Of a stretch of 37,642 nt of DNA, positions 25,649 through 33,993 are shown one piece after another. Each line of letters begins with the position of its first letter. Position 1 is the first letter of the stretch. Source of the stretch: a virus; the UHGV virus genome UHGV-0029174; one strand, given 5' to 3'. Made by a program: the position numbers and the translations under genes. The notes beneath the pieces were generated by a model. It was given only the letters and a program-made list of their open reading frames with translations. It was not told the DNA's origin and made no database searches.

Positions 25649-25839
25649 TTCTTGCGCTCCTTAATGGCTCGCCTGATTTGCACCGCCGTAGCATCGAAGA
25701 AAGCGAGAAACATCACTACAGGCCATAAAGGAATCTCGAGGCCACCAGGTTCAGCGCCGCTATACTTAATAAAACACGACATCAGGATCGCACCAGCGAT
25801 ATAAAGCAAAACAATCACAGCTATAAGACATTCAATCAT
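25645..25839 (-). CDS. small membrane protein (two predicted TM helices; ~64 aa)
   Basis: Hydrophobic segments; ATG 25839 with SD GAGGA chosen over the track TTG start. Confidence 0.45.
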   Translation of the reverse strand: MIECLIAVIVLLYIAGAILMSCFIKYSGAEPGGLEIPLWPVVMFLAFFDATAVQIRRAIKERKK

Positions 25840-26092
25840 AATCATCGTCCTCGTCGTCATGTTCAGCCAGGAACTCATCAACGACGCGGCAAGTTACTGG
25901 CGGGATGTATTCGAAATCATCAGAATCGAGATCAAGCGTCCTGCTGTCGCCGTCGTCGTCCAGCGTATTCATCCCTAATTCACCGAAAGGGCCATACCCA
26001 ATGCGGCCCATATATTCGCAACCAATCGTAAAACCAGGATATTCGCCTTTACACCTGATCTTGTATAGCTTATTTGATGCGCTCAATTTCAA
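25832..26092 (-). CDS. hypothetical protein with acidic C-terminus (DDEDDDYD)
   Basis: Track ORF (TTG start); strong SD AAGGGGGAA upstream. Confidence 0.45.
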   Translation of the reverse strand: MKLSASNKLYKIRCKGEYPGFTIGCEYMGRIGYGPFGELGMNTLDDDGDSRTLDLDSDDFEYIPPVTCRVVDEFLAEHDDEDDDYD

Positions 26093-26393
26093 TTCCCCCT
26101 TCTACCCCTTCAGTCATTTTGTATTCCGCAAACAGTTCAGCGCCAAGTAATTCGACATCAGTATCACCAATACCAGGGAACGCCAGATAAGCAAAAATAA
26201 GGCTTTTAATTCTATTCAGGTCTTCAAGATGGTCTGCATTAAAAGGCGGTTCAGATACGTGAAAGCATTTAACGTGCGCATCGTCTTCAGTAGCTACACG
26301 GAAACATACGCCACGTTCACCTGCGAATTGTCCAATTTCTTTATCTTCTGGAAAATTGCCACGGAAAACCTTAACGCTGATAAATTTATACAT
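26070..26393 (-). CDS. hypothetical protein (107 aa)
   Basis: ATG 26393 with SD AAGGAG; track ORF extends further. Confidence 0.5.
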   Translation of the reverse strand: MYKFISVKVFRGNFPEDKEIGQFAGERGVCFRVATEDDAHVKCFHVSEPPFNADHLEDLNRIKSLIFAYLAFPGIGDTDVELLGAELFAEYKMTEGVEGGIEIERIK

Positions 26394-26415
26394 TGTTATT
26401 CTCCTTCGTAAGAAA

Positions 26416-26727
26416 TTAAAATTCTGCACCAGGTAAGCTACGCGCTTTATTTACCGCATCGTGTTTTAACGATAAACCAGCGTGATAATTCATAATCCCC
26501 ATATTACCAACCGGTATTTCATTATTTTCTGCCTTTATTCTTAACAACTGGTTTTTAGTGAAGATCCTGTCTCCATCAGTGATATATAACCAGTCGCCGC
26601 GCTTACCAACAACAACATGAGATCTGCCTAAGCTGTCTTTAAATTCATAATTGCAGAAAACATCACCTTTAGGCACTTCAACAAAACAGCACGCAATGAA
26701 CTTATCGCTTTTCATGATTTTGCCCAT
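26416..26727 (-). CDS. hypothetical protein (103 aa)
   Basis: Track ORF; first gene after internal promoter/palindrome. Confidence 0.5.
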   Translation of the reverse strand: MGKIMKSDKFIACCFVEVPKGDVFCNYEFKDSLGRSHVVVGKRGDWLYITDGDRIFTKNQLLRIKAENNEIPVGNMGIMNYHAGLSLKHDAVNKARSLPGAEF

Positions 26728-26744
26728 CCGTCTTTCAGTGGCTT

Positions 26745-26785
26745 ATATATAACAAAATGGCACTGCCTAAACAATGCCATTTCGT
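26745..26785 (-). promoter_or_regulatory. internal promoter-like element with palindrome ACAAAATGGCA-N12-TGCCATTTcGT and extended -10 (TGT-TATATA)
   Basis: 11-bp inverted arms with 1 mismatch; minus strand CCATTTTGTTATATA upstream of ATG 26727. Confidence 0.4.
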
Positions 26786-26827
26786 ATACATTGTGATACA
26801 AGTCACATTTTGCGCAATTAACTTTTA

Positions 26828-27079
26828 TCAGAAAACCCCTTTATAATCGACCGTGTACTTTGCAACCAATTTCCAGTCACAATAGTTTTCCATGTCGCGC
26901 GGTTGCCATCCTTTCATCCACACAGAACTACGTGCAGCGTGACGGCGACAATAGTCGTTAAGGTCTACAACACACCACGGCTGAAGGACAAGCATGTATC
27001 CTGCCTCGTTAACCAGGATCGCCATCTGCTTTCCTGTTGCCTTATCTTTCGCCCGGAAATAACTTACCCTGATTTTCAT
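26828..27079 (-). CDS. hypothetical protein (83 aa)
   Basis: Track ORF; SD GAGGTAA. Confidence 0.5.
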   Translation of the reverse strand: MKIRVSYFRAKDKATGKQMAILVNEAGYMLVLQPWCVVDLNDYCRRHAARSSVWMKGWQPRDMENYCDWKLVAKYTVDYKGVF

Positions 27080-27290
27080 TTTGAATTACCTCAATCAACA
27101 TTTCTTCTTCCAGGTTAGCCGGACGTTTACGAAATATTCCGGCAAAAACCAAATCGTCGAGTAGGTCTTTACGCTTAAATAGCCACTCCTTCATTATTAC
27201 CCCGTCGTCGCTGCGATATACGACGCCGTTTTTCAGAAAATAAAAAGTGCGGGTGTTTGTCTGGAGGTATAGATCTTCGTAAACGTCCAT
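27042..27290 (-). CDS. hypothetical protein (82 aa)
   Basis: Track ORF; SD GAGGG. Confidence 0.5.
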   Translation of the reverse strand: MDVYEDLYLQTNTRTFYFLKNGVVYRSDDGVIMKEWLFKRKDLLDDLVFAGIFRKRPANLEEEMLIEVIQNENQGKLFPGER

Positions 27291-27294
27291 GATG

Positions 27295-27522
27295 TTAACC
27301 CTCGACTACTTCCAGCCCGCGCCCCTTATCGCCAACGAAGTCGCCCAGGCTGAACGTATACGACCATGCCGGATTTATGTAATGGTCATCAGCGCCAGCG
27401 GCGATTAAATCAGCACCGTTAATCATGCAAGTGACATCATCGCCATGAACGACATTAACCACCTTACCAACAACCTGTTTCAGTGACGGATAACCGTGAT
27501 CGTGCAAGAATTTTACCTTCAT
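27295..27522 (-). CDS. hypothetical protein (75 aa)
   Basis: Track ORF; start overlaps upstream stop. Confidence 0.5.
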   Translation of the reverse strand: MKVKFLHDHGYPSLKQVVGKVVNVVHGDDVTCMINGADLIAAGADDHYINPAWSYTFSLGDFVGDKGRGLEVVEG

Positions 27523-27752
27523 TCCTCTGTCTCCCAGCGCTCAATACTGATTAAAAAGTCACGGATAGCGTGGCGCTCGTCGCGCGTTGGTTTGCGCTTA
27601 CGGTAAATTTTAAAATCGAACCATTCCTTTTCCTGGTCGAAATCCAGATCGTAAGCAAGCGCCTCAATGTAACCGCATTCGTGATACTGGTACGCCACGC
27701 CAGCACGAACAAAAAAGCGGGTTTTATCCCGCTTGTGTTCATAGATACGCAT
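27519..27752 (-). CDS. hypothetical protein (77 aa), first gene of the island between Q-like gene and lysis
   Basis: Track ORF; SD GGGG; preceded by 108-bp intergenic region. Confidence 0.5.
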   Translation of the reverse strand: MRIYEHKRDKTRFFVRAGVAYQYHECGYIEALAYDLDFDQEKEWFDFKIYRKRKPTRDERHAIRDFLISIERWETEE

Positions 27753-27860
27753 ATTTACCCCGTTATGCAGTTGTGTAGCTGTCAGTCAGTATTTCATCTT
27801 TCATTCTGGCAAGCTGTGCGAAATTCGTTAACCAGTTTTGCAAATAGATGTTCCTTTAAT

Positions 27861-28064
27861 TTAGGCTTCATTGTCTTTGCTCCGTCCGTAAATATGAACA
27901 GGCTCAATTGGCACGGCTGGTAATTCACCTTCGTTTAATGCGCTTGCCATGCCCAATATTAAACGCGCTTCAGCACCGGTAACTTTCTTGCACCATGCAC
28001 CGCCCGTTTTATCTTCGAACAAGATAACAGCAAACTGATCGTTTATTTCCAGCTTATCCATCAT
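27861..28064 (-). CDS. hypothetical protein (67 aa), start overlaps Q-like stop
   Basis: ATGA overlap with upstream stop. Confidence 0.45.
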   Translation of the reverse strand: MMDKLEINDQFAVILFEDKTGGAWCKKVTGAEARLILGMASALNEGELPAVPIEPVHIYGRSKDNEA

Positions 28065-28783
28065 TCACCCCGTGTCACTCGTTTGATTTCGTTGTCAGCC
28101 CGCGCCTCTTCTTTGAACAATTCAGCAATGGCGTCTTCATAGAAAGCCCGGTATTTCTTCCACCATGTTGATCGGCTTACCGGGAAAACAAGCTGATTAA
28201 CCGCCTGCCGGACAAGATCTACCGGGAAACGCGAGTACCCACGCCCGCCGCAGTGCTGGCACGTTTTGAACACTGGCATTTCCGCCGCTTCGCTGGCTGC
28301 TTTATCCGGTACTTCGCCACGGCCCTTGCATTGTTTACAATGATTGCGAACTGTCCCATGCCCCTTGCATTTTTTGCAAAGGTGTTTTTCTCCGTATTCG
28401 TCAAACGTAAATTTATATCCGCCGCACTCCATACAAGTTTTTTCCGTCGCGGCGCTTTGGCAATAATCCCGAAACGCGAAAACGGCAACAAGAATAATGA
28501 GATCATTGCGTTTGGCCTCGTCCAGTTCCATAACGTATTCATAATCTTTTGCCATAGCCCTTAAACGCTCTGTAAGCAAAACTACGGCCTTATGTTTTTC
28601 GGCTTGTGATAGTTCCATCTTCCCTAAAAAAGCGCTGTAACCAAGCTCTACGCGCGATTGCGCCATGCCTGCGGCAGTTAGTGCATCCGTAGTATTAAGC
28701 GCATCCGGGGACGTGCCCCGGCTTTCATCTGATAAACGCGGTGATTTTGGGAAGTGGAATTTGAGAATAGATTCCAGATTCAT
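28061..28783 (-). CDS. putative late-gene antiterminator (Q-like) with four CxxCxGxG zinc-finger repeats
   Basis: Position after ninG/rusA and before lysis genes; CMECGG, CKKCKGHG, CKQCKGRG, CQHCGGRG repeats; homology not verified. Confidence 0.45.
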   Translation of the reverse strand: MNLESILKFHFPKSPRLSDESRGTSPDALNTTDALTAAGMAQSRVELGYSAFLGKMELSQAEKHKAVVLLTERLRAMAKDYEYVMELDEAKRNDLIILVAVFAFRDYCQSAATEKTCMECGGYKFTFDEYGEKHLCKKCKGHGTVRNHCKQCKGRGEVPDKAASEAAEMPVFKTCQHCGGRGYSRFPVDLVRQAVNQLVFPVSRSTWWKKYRAFYEDAIAELFKEEARADNEIKRVTRGE

Positions 28784-28965
28784 TACTTGCCCCCGTAACG
28801 CGCAACCAGTCTTTTGCGATCAGATATTGCCTGCACCAACTTTCTTTCAAGCTCTTTAAGCGCAAGCAATTCTCGCATGTGGAAAGCCTGTATTTGTCGC
28901 ACAGTCTCTAAATCATGCTCATCGCGCTGAATATCTATTTGCAGATCTTTAATTTCGTTTTTCAT
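28783..28965 (-). CDS. hypothetical small coiled-coil protein (60 aa)
   Basis: Track ORF between rusA and the Q-like gene. Confidence 0.4.
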   Translation of the reverse strand: MKNEIKDLQIDIQRDEHDLETVRQIQAFHMRELLALKELERKLVQAISDRKRLVARYGGK

Positions 28966-28968
28966 TTG

Positions 28969-29370
28969 TCACCCCCACATATTAGTTTCGTATTCACCAA
29001 TATCCGGTAGCAGGTCGCCGCGTTCGCGAACCTTAATAAACAATCGCCCGCCTTTTACCTTCCGGCAGCGAACAAACTTCATTACGTCAACCTGGCTGTC
29101 ATCGGCCCAAAAACCGGAATAAGTTATAGCGTCAAACAATGCTTTCCCCACATTATCAATATCACGGCGGCGGGCGTCTGGCGGGGCAATATACACGGTT
29201 ATTGATAATCTGCATTGAAGACTTATATCAAGATTGAGTAGCTCTATAATATCCTTCACCTGCTCCCTGTATTCTTTACCTTCCTTGCTTATGTAGTTGA
29301 CTCCCCTGGCATGGCGGTAATATTTATTCGCCGTTGGCGGATACGGAAGTGTCATAGTGTATTCGTTCAT
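28969..29370 (-). CDS. rusA: Holliday junction resolvase RusA
   Basis: MNEYTMTLPYPPTANKYYRHARG and APPDARRRDIDNVGKALFDA resemble E. coli RusA (TLPWPPSNNRYYRH; DRRRRDLDN); ATG 29370 with SD GGTGA. Confidence 0.85.
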   Translation of the reverse strand: MNEYTMTLPYPPTANKYYRHARGVNYISKEGKEYREQVKDIIELLNLDISLQCRLSITVYIAPPDARRRDIDNVGKALFDAITYSGFWADDSQVDVMKFVRCRKVKGGRLFIKVRERGDLLPDIGEYETNMWG

Positions 29371-29851
29371 TTCTGTCACCATGTCCAGAGTGAAAATTAT
29401 ATTTTATCTCTGCTTCCTCTCTTGCTTTAACAGCATCGCTAAAGCTATCAAAATACCCTAAATTATAAAGCACCCCTTTAACTCTTATATATGAATGCCA
29501 TTTACTTAACGGCTTATACCAACGAACACCGACCCTACCACTCTTATTTCTTGAGCTTAAACTAGCATTTTTCATGTTTTCTTCATGAGTTACTAACCTT
29601 AAATTTTCTATTCTGTTGTTATATGGTATATGGTCCAAATGATCTATCTCGTAACCTTTAGGAATCGGGCCGTTAAACATTTCCCAAATAATACAATGGC
29701 AAAGATGATGTTTATACTTGTACATCACCCTTACATAACCTATCCCAAATCTATTTCCGGCGATGTCACCTTTATTGACGTTCCCGCTAGGTTTTATTTT
29801 CCAGTATAAGATTCCGTCGTTGTATTCAAATATATCATGCCAATTAATCAT
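29324..29851 (-). CDS. HNH homing endonuclease (HNH_3-like/AP2-like) between ninG and rusA
   Basis: IWEMFNGPIPKGYEIDHLDH...NNRIENLRLVTHEEN; overlaps rusA 5' end by 47 nt. Confidence 0.8.
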   Translation of the reverse strand: MINWHDIFEYNDGILYWKIKPSGNVNKGDIAGNRFGIGYVRVMYKYKHHLCHCIIWEMFNGPIPKGYEIDHLDHIPYNNRIENLRLVTHEENMKNASLSSRNKSGRVGVRWYKPLSKWHSYIRVKGVLYNLGYFDSFSDAVKAREEAEIKYNFHSGHGDRNERIHYDTSVSANGE

Positions 29852-30453
29852 GCTACCTTTCTCCTTAAGGCGTCTAATTTCGCCTGATAAACTTTAATGA
29901 TCTCCTTACATTCTTCGATCGTCCATTTGTGAGTCTCGTTATTATTTTCTAATGCCTCCACCCTTTCTAATCCTATTTTTTTTATTAAATTTATTCTGTA
30001 TAACTCAACATTGCCGTCTAATACCTGATTGCAATGTCGGCATTGTAGGTTTACGTTATCCTCGTTAAAGCGAAGGTGTCCGGCTGCCGCTACTGTGCGC
30101 CAGTGTCCAGCATCAGCGCCGCATTGTTCGTAATAATAAGTCCCGCAAGATATACACGGCTGTCCTGCGTCACGTTCGCGGATATAGGCATTAAATACCG
30201 CTTGTGCCTGCTTTAACCAGTAGCTGCGCGGATTTAACTGTTTCCGTTTTCGGTTGCGTTCTTCCCGCTGGCTATCACGGCGCTTCTTCCGTTCCATAGC
30301 CTTCATAGCCTTCTCACGGTCGCGACATAGCTGATCAAACTTCAGTTCTTCCAGACATTCATCGCTGCACCACGTTTGATTGTGATATTTAGGTTCAAAA
30401 AAAACGCCGCAGCATTTGCAACGGCGTCTTATGGGTTTTTTAGGGTTCTGCAT
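29848..30453 (-). CDS. ninG: NinG-like protein
   Basis: PRSYWLKQAQAVFNAYIRERD, QPCISCGT, GHWRT, LRFNE, WTIEECK closely resemble lambda NinG; ATG 30453 with SD GGGGTGG. Confidence 0.85.
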   Translation of the reverse strand: MQNPKKPIRRRCKCCGVFFEPKYHNQTWCSDECLEELKFDQLCRDREKAMKAMERKKRRDSQREERNRKRKQLNPRSYWLKQAQAVFNAYIRERDAGQPCISCGTYYYEQCGADAGHWRTVAAAGHLRFNEDNVNLQCRHCNQVLDGNVELYRINLIKKIGLERVEALENNNETHKWTIEECKEIIKVYQAKLDALRRKVA

Positions 30454-30467
30454 AAAAACCACCCCGA

Positions 30468-30644
30468 TTATTTTTGATTCTCTGTTTCGTTCAGCCTTTC
30501 GGCGTGTCCGGCCCTTAGCCAATGTTCTAAGCATTCGTTGCACTCGTTACAGCCTCCTTCCTTCGTGCTGCATACATTGCACATTGCACGCATGACGCTT
30601 TCTCGTTCATAGTCGTCATGCCATTGGTAATTATCAAAAGTCAT
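30468..30644 (-). CDS. NinF-like small Cys-rich protein (58 aa)
   Basis: ATG 30644 with SD AGGAGA; YERESVMRAMCNVC...C.EC pattern like lambda NinF; below track size cut-off. Confidence 0.5.
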   Translation of the reverse strand: MTFDNYQWHDDYERESVMRAMCNVCSTKEGGCNECNECLEHWLRAGHAERLNETENQK

Positions 30645-30724
30645 AATGCTCTCTCCTTTTCAGGTGATTTCTACGCATTTCAGCGCTGCCGGATTTTTAA
30701 AGAGCATTTCTTTTGCTTGAAGTA

Positions 30725-30799
30725 TACAAAATGGATACGTGCAAACAAGACGAAAAGCGCCATTATGTGACATCAATCACACAATGACGCCATTTTGTA
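30725..30799. promoter_or_regulatory. inverted repeat TACAAAATGG ... CCATTTTGTA (10-bp arms, 55-bp spacer) with -10-like TATACT on minus strand
   Basis: Same ACAAAATGG / CCATTTTGT motif as at 7199, 10546 and 26752; upstream of ninF-like gene. Confidence 0.35.
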
Positions 30800-30899
30800 A
30801 ATTTCAGTCCGGTAAAGCGCGGTTGAGCGTAGTACGATTGATGGCCCGGTCGTTAGCCAGGAATACAGCACGGGCGAAGCCGCGCGGCGGTGGCTTGTT

Positions 30900-31427
30900 C
30901 TATTTGCCGTGGTTTTCGTGATATCCATACTCTTTTTCAGCGTCGCGCCGCGCTTTTATTGCGTCATTAATATCAGAAAAACAACCTATATAAATCCTAT
31001 TGCCTCTTTTGCCTCCTCCTATTCTAACAACCCATTTCCCATGTTTGTTTTTATGTACGCCAGTACATCCACTGGTATTGTTTACCATCAAAGACATGTT
31101 GCGCATATTATCTTTATGGTCCTTTAATCCAAGATTTACTGCTCTGTTATCTGTTTTAATGTGATTTATATGATCAACCTCCTTTCCTTCAGGTATTGGG
31201 CCATAGTACATCTCATAACATATTCTGTGAACTTTTAAATTATAACGCTTTCCACCAACGGTAAGCGCTGTATTAAGATACCCACCGCTACCGCCAATAT
31301 GTCCAACTTCATGACCAGCATTACACGCATTCCATTGTTTACGCCTTGATTCTTCTATGTCATTTCTATATTTCCAGTACAACTTACCTGTATCTGGATT
31401 GTATATAAAATAATCATCCCAATTCAT
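30900..31427 (-). CDS. HNH homing endonuclease (HNH_3-like/AP2-like)
   Basis: EVDHINH...DNRAVNLGLKDHKDN and C-terminal AP2-like segment; third paralog. Confidence 0.8.
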   Translation of the reverse strand: MNWDDYFIYNPDTGKLYWKYRNDIEESRRKQWNACNAGHEVGHIGGSGGYLNTALTVGGKRYNLKVHRICYEMYYGPIPEGKEVDHINHIKTDNRAVNLGLKDHKDNMRNMSLMVNNTSGCTGVHKNKHGKWVVRIGGGKRGNRIYIGCFSDINDAIKARRDAEKEYGYHENHGK

Positions 31428-31927
31428 TTCCTACCCTCAAACGTGAAATAGCGGCGCATGATGATAGTGATCACCGTTACCGCTGCCATTTTTGAGATAA
31501 ACTGCATTGCTGATATTTCCGGCATAAACGCCATAAACGATAGCGTCGGGAAAATTAACGCATCCCCGATGGCTGAAGCTATATTTGCAGGCCAGCGCTT
31601 CGAATCGAAATCACCAGGCAAAACCCGGTAAACACCGCCAGATATAAGCGCACCTGAAACAACCGCGACGAATGACGCTATTGCCACCATTCCTGCATCG
31701 TAATTTATTAGCACCGTGATTGCGCCAGCGACGGCGCATGTTGTAGCCGACCATTTCAGGCCGCCGTCATATAACAGAAAGTCGCGGATCATCATATTGA
31801 CACACACTGCGGCTACCGTAGTGACCGGAATCACCCACGGGCCGCAATGGTTAACAATAAGGTTGATGATCACGAAAACGGCGACGTAAACGCAGGCCAA
31901 TAACCTGTCAATTGTCACCCTCTTCAT
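31424..31927 (-). CDS. multi-pass integral membrane protein (167 aa)
   Basis: At least four hydrophobic segments; start overlaps upstream stop; directly downstream of Dam-like gene. Confidence 0.5.
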   Translation of the reverse strand: MKRVTIDRLLACVYVAVFVIINLIVNHCGPWVIPVTTVAAVCVNMMIRDFLLYDGGLKWSATTCAVAGAITVLINYDAGMVAIASFVAVVSGALISGGVYRVLPGDFDSKRWPANIASAIGDALIFPTLSFMAFMPEISAMQFISKMAAVTVITIIMRRYFTFEGRK

Positions 31928-32228
31928 TTAGTTCTCCCTCCCGATCCGCTAATATCTGTTCGGCCTTAAGCGCGTTATAAGCAATAAGGTCTATGAGAGT
32001 GTCGAGCGGATCAGTTCCATTAGCGAGAATAGCCCCTAAACGCGCTTCCTTGAGGCAAATCATTAGATCCCATACATCAAGTGGGGTTAAACTTGTCCCC
32101 TTCTTAGCGTTGTAAATAGTGGCTATTTTTGGCGCTGATTTTTCTTCTTTTCGATCGTATCCGTTTTGCTCCCCTCTTGCCTCAATAGTTTCAGCCGCAA
32201 GTCTTAGCAATTCAGCCGCTTTACTCAT
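31908..32228 (-). CDS. hypothetical protein (~106 aa)
   Basis: Track ORF 31908..32246 trimmed to an internal ATG after the methylase stop. Confidence 0.45.
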   Translation of the reverse strand: MSKAAELLRLAAETIEARGEQNGYDRKEEKSAPKIATIYNAKKGTSLTPLDVWDLMICLKEARLGAILANGTDPLDTLIDLIAYNALKAEQILADREGELNEEGDN

Positions 32229-32760
32229 TATCTGCACCTCTTGCATATAGCTCTTTACGCGTTATGTGTGTGAAAATACATTCATGTCTGCACCGTGGAT
32301 GCCAGATCAAAAACAGGCTTCCTTTGTTGTTCCCGCTCACTGGCTTACCAGTTGCAGCATTGATAAACGCCAGCCGCCCGCGCGTGATTAATCGGCATTC
32401 GTTTGCCGTCTCCACGCCATTCATAAACCAGCTAACAGAAATGTCAGCGGGCAATAACATTACGCAACCGATATGGTTTCGGCTGTGTTCAATCGCCGCC
32501 TTATCAACGAATGGCCCTGGGTTCGAATATGGTGGATTCATCCAAACATACTCACCAGGCATTGCCACCGCTCCCCACGGATAAGTAAGCGTGTCCATTT
32601 CTTCGGTTATATACCGAGGAACGAGCGCGTTTTCCTTGTTTGCTGCCACATCTGCGACAAATTCGAACTCGCGATCCATTCCTCTAAAAACTGGTTTAGG
32701 TGTCTGCCACAGGTCTTTAATTTCCTTCGGCGTGCTGCTGCCTCCAAAATCATTTTTCAT
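32221..32760 (-). CDS. phage Dam-like DNA N6-adenine methyltransferase
   Basis: DLWQTP near N-terminus and NPPYS catalytic motif; ATG 32760 with SD GGTGG. Confidence 0.8.
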   Translation of the reverse strand: MKNDFGGSSTPKEIKDLWQTPKPVFRGMDREFEFVADVAANKENALVPRYITEEMDTLTYPWGAVAMPGEYVWMNPPYSNPGPFVDKAAIEHSRNHIGCVMLLPADISVSWFMNGVETANECRLITRGRLAFINAATGKPVSGNNKGSLFLIWHPRCRHECIFTHITRKELYARGADNE

Positions 32761-32771
32761 TATGACCACCA

Positions 32772-33005
32772 CTAGAAATAGTCCTGTTCCGTTCCCCAAC
32801 GGTTGTTTAAATATCCCACCAACCACACAAAACGCTCAATACTGATTAGCGGGGCGACCTTGCGATAATGCTTTTCTAATATCAGCCGCGTAGCTTTATC
32901 GCTGTAGCCGTTTCTTTCTACCTCCGTTTTACAGGCAGAAAGCGCCGCGCGTGCGGCAGTTTTTACGGCGTTAAATTGCGGCTCTGACAGGTTAAATAAA
33001 GCCAT
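32772..33005 (-). CDS. hypothetical protein (77 aa)
   Basis: ATG 33005 directly after upstream stop; track ORF longer. Confidence 0.45.
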   Translation of the reverse strand: MALFNLSEPQFNAVKTAARAALSACKTEVERNGYSDKATRLILEKHYRKVAPLISIERFVWLVGYLNNRWGTEQDYF

Positions 33006-33006
33006 T

Positions 33007-33249
33007 TCATAAACCATCAGTAGAATCAGCGAAAAAGAACCCAACAAATACACTAACAGCAATAATGATCCTTAACATATAAAGCGCATCATCAGGTGAT
33101 GGCATTTCTGGTAGTTCCCATGTAACAAAAGACACACCGCATAAAATTCCAATAAGAATCGTAGCTATACATGAGAATACAAAAAAAGAACAAAATAGCC
33201 AGCCCATAACGAAGTCAATAAGTGCACGCATCATTCTAAACGTCCTCAA
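33007..33249 (-). CDS. small membrane protein (80 aa, two predicted TM helices)
   Basis: Hydrophobic segments. Confidence 0.45.
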   Translation of the reverse strand: MRTFRMMRALIDFVMGWLFCSFFVFSCIATILIGILCGVSFVTWELPEMPSPDDALYMLRIIIAVSVFVGFFFADSTDGL

Positions 33250-33439
33250 TCACACCGCCTTTCACGCGCTCTTTAATATCCCATACGTGAGGCTTGCATA
33301 TTTCCTGATAATAGTGATCCGGCCTGCTGCCGAAATACCATTTGCCATCCATATAAAAATAAACGCCAGAAAAATTTCCTGGCGCTGCCTTTGTTGCTGA
33401 TTCTGGAATTTTCCATTCTTTATAGTGTTTAAACTTCAT
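33236..33439 (-). CDS. hypothetical protein (67 aa)
   Basis: Track ORF in compact operon. Confidence 0.45.
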   Translation of the reverse strand: MKFKHYKEWKIPESATKAAPGNFSGVYFYMDGKWYFGSRPDHYYQEICKPHVWDIKERVKGGVIEDV

Positions 33440-33623
33440 GAGCTTTTAAATAACCTCTTCTGAATGCTTTGATGTAAAGTCCTAGCCTTCTTATATGCTG
33501 AACACCATCAATGAGGCGCACTAAATAAATCGCCCCGTTTGCGTCAGATACAAAACGACAACCAAAACCAATGCCGACTAACTTCAGGTTTTCAGGTATT
33601 CTATAATCAGTTTCCTGTTCCAT
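33429..33623 (-). CDS. hypothetical protein (64 aa)
   Basis: SD GAGGTGAGG. Confidence 0.45.
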   Translation of the reverse strand: MEQETDYRIPENLKLVGIGFGCRFVSDANGAIYLVRLIDGVQHIRRLGLYIKAFRRGYLKAHEV

Positions 33624-33626
33624 GCC

Positions 33627-33719
33627 TCACCTCATATGGTATTCAATAAACCACCTGATAAACAGGCATAAGGCAATAAAACCCCAGCAACAGCACATAT
33701 AAAACAATGTATCGTCCAT
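33627..33719 (-). CDS. small hydrophobic Cys-rich peptide (30 aa, MDDTLFYMCCCWGFIALCLFIRWFIEYHMR)
   Basis: ATG with SD TGAGG; stop 3 nt before next gene start; below track size cut-off. Confidence 0.3.
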   Translation of the reverse strand: MDDTLFYMCCCWGFIALCLFIRWFIEYHMR

Positions 33720-33721
33720 AA

Positions 33722-33940
33722 TTAAGCCTCAATAACACCGTAATCAAACGTGCCTAAATACCGTTCTATACTTACAACTTCAATACCATCAATGCACCGT
33801 TTCCACACAGACACCCGGCTTTCATTTTCCCGGAAGTGCATATTAGAAAGCACTTCATCGGCTGGATAGCTTTTCCCGGCGACGTAGGCATCGTGACCTA
33901 CTCCACCCTCAACGCAATAAAGCATTAATTCGCGGGCCAT
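33722..33940 (-). CDS. hypothetical protein (72 aa)
   Basis: Track ORF; first gene downstream of palindromic regulatory region. Confidence 0.45.
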   Translation of the reverse strand: MARELMLYCVEGGVGHDAYVAGKSYPADEVLSNMHFRENESRVSVWKRCIDGIEVVSIERYLGTFDYGVIEA

Positions 33941-33993
33941 CTTGTTTTCCTCCGCGCCGTAAACCTTTTGATTTCAGTTCACAAAACGGACAT

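Noticed and set aside
30739-30921. Plus-strand 60-aa Arg-rich ORF in the ninF-HNH intergenic region
   Set aside because: Low-complexity, no SD, opposite to all neighbouring genes; region more likely regulatory
32505-32535. tRNA T-loop-like GGTTCGAAT sequence
   Set aside because: Lies inside the Dam-like coding sequence (encodes the NPPYSNPGPF region); no acceptor or anticodon stems apparent
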